The notes below the pieces were generated by a model. It had not been told where the DNA came from and did not search any database. It saw only the letters and a program-made list of their open reading frames with translations. A stretch of DNA of 64,000 nt from Octopus sinensis (Eukaryota): positions 31,085 through 95,084 of the forward strand of contig NW_021832870.1 of assembly GCF_006345805.1 (NCBI RefSeq). The letters are read 5' to 3'. Shown piece by piece: positions 26,526-39,800 of the stretch; the first letter of the stretch is position 1; each line of letters begins with the position of its first letter. The position numbers and the translations under genes are program-made.

Positions 26526-26651
26526 GCCTTGCCAGTTATTTCTTCGTTTCAGGAACAGTGTAACAAGTATTCGTTTCTACTCTACGTACAAGTCCAAAGA
26601 AGGGAAGACGGAGAAAGAAAATCGCCAACGATACACACGCGGTCACATATT

Positions 26652-27322
<671 letters not shown>

Positions 27323-27347
27323 AGTGTTGAACAAATGGGAGATGTAT

Positions 27348-27384
<37 letters not shown>

Positions 27385-27414
27385 AAGAGGAGTAATTAAT
27401 ATGTTGGAAATCTA

Positions 27415-27600
27415 CAGGGTTGGCCAAAAGTCACCAGGACTGGAAATCAAAATTCCGTAAATACTTAATATTCGATTTTATTTATTCATTCCAATTCTGA
27501 ATGTTTACTAATTGAATGGCATGGCGTGAAAATCGAGTCAAGCGATAAGAATCCAGTTTCAATATCTGCGTGTGCTTTCATACTTTCGAACTCGATGAGT
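27415..27600. mobile_element. Tc1/mariner-like terminal fragment
   Basis: TA|CAGGGTTGGCCAAAAGTCACC resembles a Tc1-type TIR; no partner TIR seen. Confidence 0.35.
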
Positions 27601-27872
27601 TAGCTCTCAGATGAGCACTGGGAGTGGAGGGGGGGGGTTAGTGTAATTGCCTCCCCACCCCACGATATTGACGGCTTTTTGCCAAAATTTGAAACCAATG
27701 CGTGCGTGTGTGTGCTTGAATGTGTGTGCGTGTATGTGTACTTAGGTATGTATGTATATATGTATGTGTTATTTTTTTTGTTTCTGTTTATATTCGTACA
27801 TATGTACATATGTATTTATGTATACATAAATATTCATACTCATATATGTATGATTGTGCGCCTGTGTGTATA

Positions 27873-28080
27873 GGTGGCGAGCTGGCAGAAACGTTAGCAC
27901 GCCGGGCGAAATACTTAGAGGTATTTCGTCTGTCTTTATGTTCTGAGTTCAAATATCGCCGAGGTTGACTTTGCTTTTCATCCTTTCGGAGTCGATAAAT
28001 TAAGTACCAGTTACGCACTGGAGTCGATGTAATCGACTGGCCCTCTCCCCCAAAATTTCGGGCCTTGTACCTAGAGTTGA
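27873..28080 (+). mobile_element. SINE A
   Basis: Consensus match. Confidence 0.9.
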
Positions 28081-28304
28081 AAGGCATAGGTATGGCTATG
28101 TATAGCCGTGCTGATTTTCTTTAACCTATAGGTTCGCTATACACATCTGTAAAATACGCACCACACATACAAATAAGTTCAGTAGTCAATATCACCGTGA
28201 CCGACCAGGCTATCAGATGTTGCTACACATCGCTGGTCACAATGCGCTTCGCATTGTTTTAGCCTTCGAATGACGCCACTCCACTGGCTAAGCGAGCAGG
28301 CCAA

Positions 28305-28750
28305 GAGATGAGAGAATGTTGTGGCGAAAGTGTACAGGTGGGATCGCCATCATCATCATCATCATCATTGTTCGACCGTGGTCGAGACAATGGAATTTAC
28401 CATGCTACGCCAGACTTCACGGCCCATCATAGCGTTACGGAGGTCCTGTTGCTGGATGCCTGTATCCCTGGAGATTACATCAGGGTAGGATAGTGTGCGC
28501 CCTCTGGTATTGCGAGTAGATGGCTTCCAGAGGAGAAGAGTAGAAATTGCCTCATTTTCAGCTCTACAACAATGTCCAGCAAAGTGGACTCTCCTACCTT
28601 TCACAAGGGATCGCCATCACCCCCTGCCAGAGGTCGTGGAGCTTTAGGTGTTTTCGCTTAATAAAAACTAACTATGCCCGGTCTAGGAATCGAAACCGCG
28701 ATCCTACGACCTCAAGTCTGCTGCCCTAACCACTGGGCCATTATGCCTCC
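28305..28750 (-). mobile_element. SINE family C (tRNA-derived) interrupted by an RTE 3' end
   Basis: Head GGC.TAATGGCCCAGTGGTTAGGGCAGC..GGTTTCGATTCC; matches the 52545-52836 copy. Confidence 0.85.
28353..28606 (-). mobile_element. 5'-truncated RTE-type LINE 3' end with (TGA)n tail
   Basis: KGRRVHFAGHCCRAENEAISTLLLWKP..LRNAMMGREVWR*; 13-bp TSD GGGATCGCCATCA at 28340 and 28607. Confidence 0.85.
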
Positions 28751-28769
28751 ACAGTGATGAACTCAAATA

Positions 28770-29190
28770 AGGCGGCGAGCTGGCAGAATCGTTAACACGC
28801 AGGCTAAAATGCTTAGCGGCATTTCATCTGTCTGCACGCTCTGGGTTCAAATTCCGCCGAGGTCGACTTTGCTTTTCATCCTTTCGCGTCGGTAAATTAA
28901 GTACCAGTTAAACAAATCAGGTCGATGTAATCGACTTAAGCCCTTTGTCTGTCCTTGCTTGTCCCCTCTATGTTTAGCCCCTTGTGGGCAATAAAGAAAT
29001 AAGAAACGTTAGCAAGCCGGGCGAAATGCTTAGTAGAACTTCATCTGCCGCTACGTTCTGAGTTTAAATTCCGCCGAGGTCGACTTTGCTTTTCATCCTT
29101 TCGGGGTCGCTAAATTGCGTACTGGAGTCGATCTAATCGACTGCTCCTCCCCACTCTCCAAAATCTTCGTTCCTTCTGCAAAAAGTAGAA
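28770..29190 (+). mobile_element. SINE A dimer
   Basis: Second unit joins tail AAAGAAATA to AGAAACGTTAGC at ~29000. Confidence 0.9.
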
Positions 29191-29459
29191 AAGATTAGTC
29201 ATAAACTATTTCGAACACCATCTCTCTCTCCCCCGCCCCTCTCTCTCTCTCTCTCTCTTCCTAGTCTGGCTGGAAGTTGGCATCTTGGAAAATGTGTGTA
29301 ACTCAGTAAGTCATTATTCTTACTTGGCCTGAGAACAGACGAAGATGAAATGCCCCGGTAAGCCATAACAATGGATGTTATCTCGATTCTCATAGAAATA
29401 AAGATAGCGACTATAGAAATAAATATATTTGCTATCCTCCTTATACCTATATTCTAACT

Positions 29460-30205
29460 TTCATCTTTTATCTTTCACTTGTTTCATTCATTGAACTGCG
29501 GCCATGCTGGAGTACCACCTTGATGTAATTTCAGTCGAACTAATCGACCTCAATTCTTATTCGTTTAAAGTCTGGCACTTTGTTCTATCGATCACGTTTA
29601 TCGAAACATGAAGTTACAGGTACGTAAGCAAATCAACACCGGTGAGTATGGGGAGACAAACAGACGCAAAGACAAATATATATATATACACCACCCCCAT
29701 ACACCACCCACACACCCATCCCCACATCTTCACACCCACGCATACATACACACACACGTCCAAACCACCAGCCCTCTTTCACACGCACATACACACTCTC
29801 TTATACACACACACACCTTTGTGTTGGGGACACCTTCGTTTTGGAAGTCACTTGACCCTGTCATCTCCCCTACTGTCCCTCTAGCGTCTGACCTCTGCCC
29901 GAAGTCAGGACGCCATGATAGATCGTTAGCTCCTACACGCATTTTTTTCTCTCCTTGTTTCTCTCCTTGTTTTTTTCTGTGTATCTTTCTGTCGAAGAAC
30001 GTAGGCTCGAAACGTTAAAGATTTGTTCTATTTCTATTTCTGAGCGACATACTAATACATTTGTTTGTTTGTACTCCCCCTGCCTTCGTCTTTTGTTTAT
30101 TTTCGTAAACCTTCCCGTTATGTATATATATGTGCGTGTGTGTGTGTATGTGTGTATATATATATAGATACACACACGCACACACACATACATATATAGA
30201 TAGAT

Positions 30206-30236
<31 letters not shown>

Positions 30237-30390
30237 GATAGTGAGTGAGAGTGAGATAGAAAGGGCTTCTTGCACTATCCGTCTACCACAAGGCTTTGGT
30301 AGGCCCGAGGATATAGTAGATGACATTTGCCGATGGTGTCATGCAGTGGGACTGAACTCAGAACTATGTGGTTGGGAAGCAAGCCTATGA
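29460..30390 (-). mobile_element. SINE B split by an insertion within its internal microsatellite
   Basis: 3' part at 29460-29645, head at 30255-30390; hammerhead-bearing fragment in between. Confidence 0.75.
29983..30022 (+). ncRNA. degenerate hammerhead-like motif
   Basis: AUCUUU-CUGUCGA-A-GAAC GUAG GCUC-GAAACGU-U-AAAGAU; 6-bp stem I; core A6 mutated. Confidence 0.45.
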
Positions 30391-31229
30391 AAATTGCGTT
30401 TTTTTTTGTTGTTGTTTTCTTTTTGTAATGATTCCATCAATACATCTGTGAAGCACTATCCGTATATATATATTACATCTTCTATACGAGTTTTATTTAT
30501 TTATTTATTTTTACTATATTACTTCAGTAGAAGACAAAACAAAACTAAACTAAACTAAACAAAACTATAAAGTTCAATATATATATATATATATATACAT
30601 ACATACATATATAGCCAGCTCTTGTTTGTCTGGACTCCATCTTATTTCGTTTGATGTTGGATTTTAGATATCTGGGCGGTCTAAGCACTAATTGTTTGTG
30701 TCTATGATAGCCTTTTTTGCGTATAGATGTATACTTTGACACATCTATCAATTATCTATGTATCTCCTTTTCTCCCCACCCCCTCTCTCTCTCTCTTCTA
30801 TATATATATATATATATATATAGATATATATATATATATATATGCACACATTACATACACACACATATATATATACACATACATATACATATATATATAC
30901 ATAATACATACATACACACATATATATATATGTATGTATGTATGTATGTATTTATATATTACAACTGGCATTCTGTCGGAACAGTTTGCTCTTGAAATTA
31001 ACGTGCATGTGGCTGAGCATTCCACAGACATGCGTGCCCTTAATATAGTTCTCAGGGTTTTTCAGCGTGACACAGAATGTAAAAAGACTGGCGCTTTTGA
31101 AATACAAGTACTGCTCATTTTTACCAATTGAGTGGACTGGAGCAAAGTGAAATAAAGTGCCTTGCTCAAGAACACAACGCGCCGCCGGGAATTGAACACC
31201 TGAGCTGAATCATCCATATACATTTCCAT

Positions 31230-31945
31230 AACATCACGGGAGGCCTATACAGGGACGAGGGCTTATTAGTTACCAAAAGCATAAATAAATCCTCCTTAGA
31301 AAGAACTAGAAAGGATCTACATAAATTCTTCTCTATCTATCTATCACATTCGAAAACGCTTGACGTAACTCTAAACTTTCTTGACATCACTCTAAAATTA
31401 TCAGCCTCCCAATACTCTCCTTACCACAAACCTAACAAATATCTTAAGTACCTTAACATCCACTCCAATCACCACAAATCCACTTTCGATAACACAATCA
31501 ACGGCATCTCAACCAGCATATCCGACCTCTCTTCTACTGAGGAAATTTTCAATAATCACGCACCATATTACAATCAAGCACTCGCCGCTAGCGGCTTTTC
31601 CCAACAAATAGAATACATCCATAACACCAGGCTCAAACAATATATATCTCAAATCACATCCCAAAAATCGCACCAACCACACACACTCGTCGATGAAACT
31701 CTTGAAGGTCTTACACCTAGGCAACCTAGACCCCCAAACACATACATTTAATATATGTATACCATTCTGCCTAGATAATGGATCTACAGATGCAATATCC
31801 TCGCATATCTCATGTCTATTTTCATTCCTCTACTTCATTCTCTATTTCATATCGTAATCTGAAATAACTATTGCTTAACCATTTTCTCACAACGTCTCCG
31901 ATGAAGGAATATAATAAATATTCCGGAAATATGTGTAAGACCTTT
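31230..31945 (+). mobile_element. Penelope-like element (Naiad-type) RT fragment plus terminal region
   Basis: GGLYRDEGLL..LERTRKDLHKFF / LNFLDITL..YSPYHKPN..SNH..ISDLSSTEEIFN..PYYNQALAASGF; hammerhead-like motif downstream. Confidence 0.75.
31894..31941 (+). ncRNA. hammerhead-like motif, same family as 16990-17041
   Basis: GUCU-CCGAUGA-A-GGAAUAU/AUAUUCC-G-GAAAU..GU-A-AGAC. Confidence 0.5.
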
Positions 31946-31961
31946 TATAAATATATATAGT

Positions 31962-32012
<51 letters not shown>

Positions 32013-32069
32013 CACATATATTATTTACATTATTATTTAATTGAACGCCACGTATCCATTTCCATACAC

Positions 32070-32105
<36 letters not shown>

Positions 32106-32699
32106 ATATATATATATATATAATATATATTATATATATCTATATATACATTAATACACGCGCGCGCACATATAAAGTGAGGGAGAGAGGAGGGGAGAGG
32201 GAAGGAGGGAGAGAGAGAGGACAGAGAGATATCTATGGTGTATGTATACACGAGTGTGGGTGTAGATGCGTGGGTGTTTATATATATATATATATATATA
32301 TATACGCACAGAGACATATTTATATATCCTGGAGAGAAAGAGAGAAAAAGAGGAATAAACGAACAGACAGGCAGGCAGACAGACCGACTGACAGATCGCG
32401 GGATGCGATAAGTTAAAAGCATATTAAAAACTAGAGCAAACATGACGTAATACGGGAAAGCAAAAAGCGAGAGGGTTCAATGAAGCGTGAAGGAAAAAAT
32501 TCTTGACACGGCCTTCAACGTTTCATGTCGGTATGGTTCGGGATGGTAATGGCGGCAAGTAAGAACTAAAACAAGCTTCTTTCCGTTCCAGGCAGACGGC
32601 ACGTTTGTTCGGCTCTCTGTACTTTCTCAAACTGGATTCTAGAACATGTATTTACCATTATAGTGCTACTGACACGGAACCGACCGAACTCCAGGAATC

Positions 32700-33404
32700 A
32701 ACTAGTGATAGACACACACACACGCGCGCGCACACACACACACACGCACACACACAAACACATACACACACACACACACACCCACACACACGCACACACG
32801 CACACACACACACACACACACACACGCACGCACACACAAACACACACACACACACGCACACACACACACACACGCACGCACACACACACACAAACACACA
32901 CACACACACACACAAATACTCACACACGCACATATATATGAAAAATCGATGTTTCAGTAGATGCAATAATCAAGTGTGCAGAAGCAAGCACATACATATA
33001 TTCACATATATAACTATGCATATATACGTGTGTGTGTGTATGTTTGTCTTTGTGTGAGAGTGTGTCTGTGTCTGTGTACATATACGTATAAATGACTGTA
33101 TGTGTATATATATATATATATATGTTTGTGCTTTTGTGTTTTTACGTATTAATGTATCTATACACACACATGTGTTTATATAACAGGTGTGTGTGTGTGT
33201 GTATGTTTGTCTTCGTATATATGCGTAAGAGTGTGTGTGTGTACATATATAAGTGAATATATGTATGTATATATACGTGTGTGTATGTGTGCGTACATAT
33301 GAGTTCTTTTGCGTTTTTACGCATTATATAACTTAATATATATCGATATATAAATCTATCGATCTAAGTAGACATACATATTATACATACATACGTATGT
33401 ATAC

Positions 33405-33444
<40 letters not shown>

Positions 33445-33449
33445 TATCT

Positions 33450-33480
<31 letters not shown>

Positions 33481-33560
33481 CATATATATATACACCACAC
33501 CGTAACATACATATATACATATATATAGATATTATGTATAAAATATATCTATCTATTATC

Positions 33561-33593
<33 letters not shown>

Positions 33594-33602
33594 CTATATT
33601 AT

Positions 33603-33641
<39 letters not shown>

Positions 33642-33678
33642 TAGATAGATAGATATAGATAGATAGATAAGTTAATAC

Positions 33679-33709
<31 letters not shown>

Positions 33710-33754
33710 CGTGTGTGTGTATATATATGTATATATATATATTATATATGTATG

Positions 33755-33797
<43 letters not shown>

Positions 33798-33855
33798 AAT
33801 ATATATAATATAATATAATATATAGATACCTATATATATATATATATATATAAAT
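32700..33855. repeat. compound (CA)n/(TG)n/(TA)n microsatellites
   Basis: Direct reading. Confidence 0.9.
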
Positions 33856-34304
33856 TACAGACACACCAAACATGCATATACCTTTTATGCATACATACAT
33901 GTATACTAGCACATAACTGAATGAATACCAAATATATAAAAAAACAACAAACAACCACCATTTTGTTTTCGGAGTACTGAACTCTCGAAACCTATTTCAG
34001 TCAGTATGGTTAAATGGTCGGCTGGCTGGCTAGATGGATGGTTGTATCTAACTTCGTACGTGACATTCACAGCAAACATGGATAAACATACGTCAATAAG
34101 AAGAACCTCATTCTTATAGACATTTACGTAGCACTTATTGAACATTTCTTTGGCAATGTGGTGGCATGTTTGCAGACTAAAAAGCCAATGAGATCAGCCA
34201 CACTTCATAAATCAGCCTTCTTAATAGATATTAATGCAGCGCTGCTTACTTTCAATAAATAGTTTGATCTTACCGAACCAATCATTCAAATTCTACGTCT
34301 ATGT

Positions 34305-35015
34305 AGGCGTAGGCGTTGCTATGTGAAGAAGCTTGCTTCTTGCTTAAGGCGGCGAACTGGTAGAATCGATAGCATACCAGGCGAGATGCTTAGCGGTATT
34401 TCGTCTGCCGTTACGTTCTGAGTTCAAATTCCACCGAGGTCGACTTTGCCTTTCATCCTTTCGGGGTCGATTAAATAAGTACCAGTTACACACTGGGGTC
34501 AATATAATCGACTTAGTCCGTTTGTCTGTTCTTGTTTGTCCCCTCTCTGTGTAGCCCCTTGTGGGCAGTAAAGAAATAAGAAGCATTAGAACACCGGGCG
34601 AAATGCTTAGCGGTATTTCGTCTGCCGTTACGTTCTGAGTTCAAATTCCACCGAGGTCGGCTTTGCCTTTCATCCTTGTGGGCAATAAAGAAATAAGAAG
34701 CTTGCTTCCAAACCACCTGGTTCCGGGTTCAGTCCCACCGCGTGGAATTTATGGCAAGTGTCTTCTACTATAGCTTCGGAGCCTGTGAGTGTATATGTAT
34801 AGATATGTGTGTGTGTGTTCCTGTGTCTGTGTTTGTCCCTCTCCCACCGTCGCTTGATAACCGATGTTGGTGTGTTTACGCCCCCGTAACTTTGCGGTTC
34901 GGCAAAAAAGACCGATAGAATAAGAATTAGGCTTACAAAGTGTAAGTCCTGTGGTCGATTTGTTCGACTGAAGGCGGTGCTCCAGCATGGCCGCAGTCAA
35001 ATTTCCAAAGAATAA
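34305..35015 (+). mobile_element. SINE B containing an inserted SINE A dimer (~34347-34694)
   Basis: TSD AAGAAGCTTGCTTC at 34326 and 34695. Confidence 0.9.
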
Positions 35016-35064
35016 AAGAAAGTGCATCTGTGTATATTTGTTAGCTTGGTTTCAGTGGGTGCGT

Positions 35065-35390
35065 GAAGACGCGTGGCTTAGAGGTTAGTGTATTTGGCTC
35101 ACGGTCGTAATGTCGCGAGTTCGATTCCCAGTAGCGCGTTGTATTTTTGAACTAGACGGTTTATTTCCCGTTGCTCCAGTCCACTCAGCTGGCTAAAATG
35201 AGCAGTACCTGTATTTCAAAGGACCAGCTTCATCACATTCTGTGTCACGCTGAATCTTTCCGAGAACCACGTTAAGGGTATGCAGGTCTGTGGAGTGCTC
35301 AGCCACTTGGACGTTAATTTCATGAGCAGGTTGTTGTTCTCTTTATCGGATCAACTCAAACCCTCGTCGTCGTAAGCGACGGAGTGCCAG
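35065..35390 (+). mobile_element. SINE C-type copy
   Basis: CGCGTGGCTTAGAGGTTAG..GAGTTCGATTCCC..CCCGTTGCTCCAGTCCACTCAGCTG. Confidence 0.7.
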
Positions 35391-35547
35391 TGTGTGTATG
35401 TTAGAGTGCGTGTGACACTGTGTGCGTGCACGTGTATACATATGTGTGTGTGTGCTTGTACGTTTACTCGACCATAGAGAACAAACCGAATTTGTGTATG
35501 TGTGTATATATGTATGCAAATGTGAGTGCGTGTAATAACTCTATATA

Positions 35548-35912
35548 CGGTAATCCATCGATTATCGCGGGTCTTACGTTCCCAAACCCACCCTTCCCGC
35601 GATAGGTGAAAATCCGCGAAGTAGAAACAGTACTGTACTCTTTACTCTTTTACTTGTTTCAGTCATTTGACTGTGGCCATGCTTGAGCACCGCCTTTAAT
35701 CGTTCAAATTGACCCCAGGACTTATTCTTTGTAAGCATAGTACTTATTCTATCGGTCTCTTTTTTTTTCTTTTGCCGAACCGCTAATTTACGGAGACGTA
35801 AACACACCACATCGGTTGTCAAGCGATGTTGGGGGGACAAACGCTGATACACAAACACACGCGCACACACACACACACACACACACACAACACACACACA
35901 CACACACACACC

Positions 35913-35956
<44 letters not shown>

Positions 35957-36257
35957 TATACGACGGGCTTCTTTCAATTTCCGTCTACCAAATCCACTCA
36001 CAAGGCTTTGGTCGGCCCAAAGGCTATAGTATTGCCCAAGGTTCCACGCAGAAGACTGAACTCGGAACCATGTGGTTCGTAAGCAAGCTACATGCCACAC
36101 AGCCACTCCTACGTCTACTGCATATTTTTTTAATTTTTATTTCTATAATTTGTATATATTTATTTTATTATAAATACAAAAAGCAACGTAATATTAAATG
36201 ATAAACCGCGATAGGTGAACTGCGACAGGTGAACCGTGATACGGCGAGGGATTACTG
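35548..36257. mobile_element. Tigger/pogo-like MITE interrupted by SINE B (minus, ~35632-36112)
   Basis: TA|CGGTAATCCATCG ... CGAGGGATTACTG|TA terminal inverted repeats. Confidence 0.7.
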
Positions 36258-36767
36258 TATTCAACTCCTGGCGGTTAGTAAACCCATAACTCTTTGGATT
36301 GTATCTTTGTGTATCATTAAAGAACCTTAACTTTCTTGTTTTACTTTAAAATTTGTCAAACTTTTTGTTCTCATAGAAGACGCTGAACCAGAAGCCTGTT
36401 ACATCCTCTGAAAACGATTAAGTCGATGTGATTAGTGTTTCTCTTGTGTTATAAGTTATAAGTTGACAATTTTGAGAAACATGAGCAGGGGAGACATTCC
36501 ACGAATGGGGGATGTTCGTAGGGAGGAATATCCAGGAATATTTATAATATTCACTGTTGATGTTGATCTTCTGTAATTCAGCTGTCACTTTGTTAGAGGC
36601 ATATCAGTTATGATCAACCGTTTATGACCTTGCTAAAGAAAAGTCTGAAACCATGGTCCAGGAGATAGATGGTAAATGTCTTACCTTTCAGTCACTTCGA
36701 TGTTTATCCCTAATAGTGGTTTGGGTTATGGCTGTTCCTTCTAGCGTGCCAAGAATCCTATGACGTA

Positions 36768-36810
<43 letters not shown>

Positions 36811-36883
36811 GAGAGAGAGAGAATGTGACAAGGCTAACCCTTTGCAATACAGATATACTTCTTCTATATATATATATATATTA

Positions 36884-36916
<33 letters not shown>

Positions 36917-37278
36917 AAAACTATCTATATATATATATATATATATAATATATATATATATATATAATATGATTATAGATATATATATATGGCAGGCACA
37001 GGCTTCTTCAGTTTCCGTCTATCAAATCCAGTCAGAAGGCTTTGGGCAGCCCCGAGGCCACAGTAGGTGCCACGCAGTGGGACTGAACCAGAACTATGTA
37101 GTTGAGAAGCAAACTTCTTACCACACAGCTACAGTCACCATTTTCTTCATTTATGTTATAGCGACTTTGCACAGCTCAACGAGACAAAATTGCGATGCTT
37201 CCATTGGAAACTGCCTCCTTGGTAATTTATGTAAATGAAATCAGCTTGACGAGGCTCAATGTTATCAAACTGCTCAAG

Positions 37279-37667
37279 TCTCTATATCTATAAAGCTCAA
37301 GTTGTCTGTGTGTGGCAGGTTTCGTAGCCTTCAACTAACACTATCTCCTCAGAGACCCTGCGGCGCAAGTTGACCAAAATTGAGAGTATGATAGAATAAG
37401 GCTTGCTCTTCCTTCCGTAGAAGATAAAATTCAAATCGGACCATGTTAACACAAAAAATTATTTACATCAAAAAGGTGCTTTTTTTCTATGAAAATCCCT
37501 ATTTTTTACGATTTCTTGACTGCTGTGTCGCCATTTCTCGGTGTATTTCAACCAGAAAAATGTTTTCTTAAAGAGAATAACAAGCTACGTAATGCAAAAT
37601 TTTTACTTTTCAAAAATGCCAATTCTAAATGGTCGAAACAAACCCGAGCAACGCCGGGCGAAACTAC
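37279..37667 (+). mobile_element. non-autonomous Helitron-like element, copy 2
   Basis: Colinear with 4767-5166; CCCGAGCAACGCCGGG hairpin, CTAC end. Confidence 0.6.
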
Positions 37668-38377
37668 TCAAATAACAAGATAATTTGATAATGCTCCTAT
37701 ACAGTCGCTTCATCTGCAAGAAATAACAGCCAAATTTCTTTGAAATCACATCCCAAATACGCTAGATCATAAACGGTTGATCAGAACTGATATGCCTCTA
37801 ACAAAGTGACAGCTGAATTACAGAAGACTTAGAGATATAACCAACAACAACAGGGAATATTATAAACAAGCAAATCACTCTTAACTCTGGCAAGAACCTC
37901 AGTGACGTCACTTTATCTGTTAGAAAGTGCAGCTTGATGATAAATATTCTAAACGGCTGAATATCGATTTATTTCCAACAGCCAAAATATTTTTCTTCTC
38001 GGAAATAGGAAGAATACAGTTAAACACAAACATTCCAGTAACCTCGAAAAAAACCACACCGCTAGTAGCGCTGTATTGTGATAGACATACACACACGCGT
38101 ACACATACATCTCTGTTTTCCAATCTCCCCCCTCTCTCTCTGTTTCTCCCTTTATCTCTGTGTCTGTGCGCGCGCGTAGGTGTACGCAAATAAGTACTTA
38201 TCTTTTCTAAGAATGTACGTTCAAATTTTCATGTCATTTCTCCCAAACCTACTACGCAATCTAACAAACTATCTATCTATCTATCTATCATCCTATCTAT
38301 CTATCTATCTACTATCTATCTATTATATATATATATATATATATATATATCTGTCTGTCTGTCTGTCTGTCTCTTTG

Positions 38378-38417
<40 letters not shown>

Positions 38418-38519
38418 TATATATATACAAGTCTGTCTGTCTGTGTCTCTGTTTGTCTGTCAATCTGTGTATCTATCTATTTTTCTACCTACCTACCTAC
38501 CTACATACCTATCTATCTC

Positions 38520-38551
<32 letters not shown>

Positions 38552-38821
38552 CCTATCTATCTATCTATCTATCTAACTCCCCTCTTCCCCGTCACACGCA
38601 CACACAGATACATACGTATATATACAAATATAAAGAATATATATAACATTATACACTCACACATGATTTTAGTAAGTTATACATATATATGGTGGGCTGT
38701 TGGTATTTCTTTATATATATATATGCTGAATATATTATTTCCACAGGCAAACACTTGTGAATAACAGAAAGGCATACATTGCATACATTTATGAATGTCC
38801 AGCCTTATATATGTATATGTG

Positions 38822-38861
<40 letters not shown>

Positions 38862-38867
<6 letters not shown>

Positions 38868-39187
38868 AGGAGTGGCTGTGTGGTAAGTAGCTTGCTTACG
38901 AACCACATGGTTTCGGATTTAGTCTCACTGCGTGAGACTTTGGATAGCGTCTTTCACTAAAGCCTCAGGCCGACCAAAGCCTCGTGAATGGATTTGGTAG
39001 ACGGAAACTGAAAGAAGCCGCCCGTCTCTATATATATATTGTCAAGCGATGGTGGGAGGACAACCACATACATACATATATATGTATACATGTATATATA
39101 TATATTATATATATATATGTATATAGATATATATATATTATATATATATATATTATATATTATAATATATTATATATATGATATATA

Positions 39188-39222
<35 letters not shown>

Positions 39223-39400
39223 GTTTGTCCTCCTACCATCGCTTGACAACAGACGTAATCTAGCGGTTCGGCAAAAGGGACCGATAGAATAAGTAATAGG
39301 CTTACAAAGAATAAGTACTAGTCTCGATTTGTTCCACTAAAAGCAGTGCTTCAGCATGGCCACAGTCAAATGACTGAAACAAGTAAAAGAATAAAAGAAT
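38862..39400 (+). mobile_element. SINE B, full length
   Basis: Consensus match. Confidence 0.9.
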
Positions 39401-39414
39401 ATATATAAATATAT

Positions 39415-39800
39415 ATTCTTTTATTCTTTTATTTGTTTCAATCATTAGACTGCGGCCATGCTGGGGCACCGGCTTGAAGAATTTTTAGTCGAACGAATGG
39501 ATCCCATGCATATTTTTATTTCTTAAATCCTGGTACTTATTTTATCAGTCTCCTTTGCCGAACCGTTAATGTTACGAGGACGAAAATAAATCATTACCAG
39601 TTGTCAAGCGACGCTGGGGTAGAAACACACAGACACACGACGGGCTTCTTTCAGTTTCCATCTACCAGGTCCACTTACAAGACTTTGGTCAGCCCGAGGA
39701 TATAACAGAAGACACTTGCCCAAGGTACCTCGCAGTGGGACTGAACCTGGAACCATGTACTTGGGAAGCTGACTTTCTACCATACATCCATACCAGCGCC
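39415..39800 (-). mobile_element. SINE B (tail-to-tail with the previous copy)
   Basis: Consensus match. Confidence 0.85.

Noticed and set aside
36685-36760. Strong minus-strand donor AAG|gtaaga
   Set aside because: All three upstream frames contain stops and the segment appears repeat-derived
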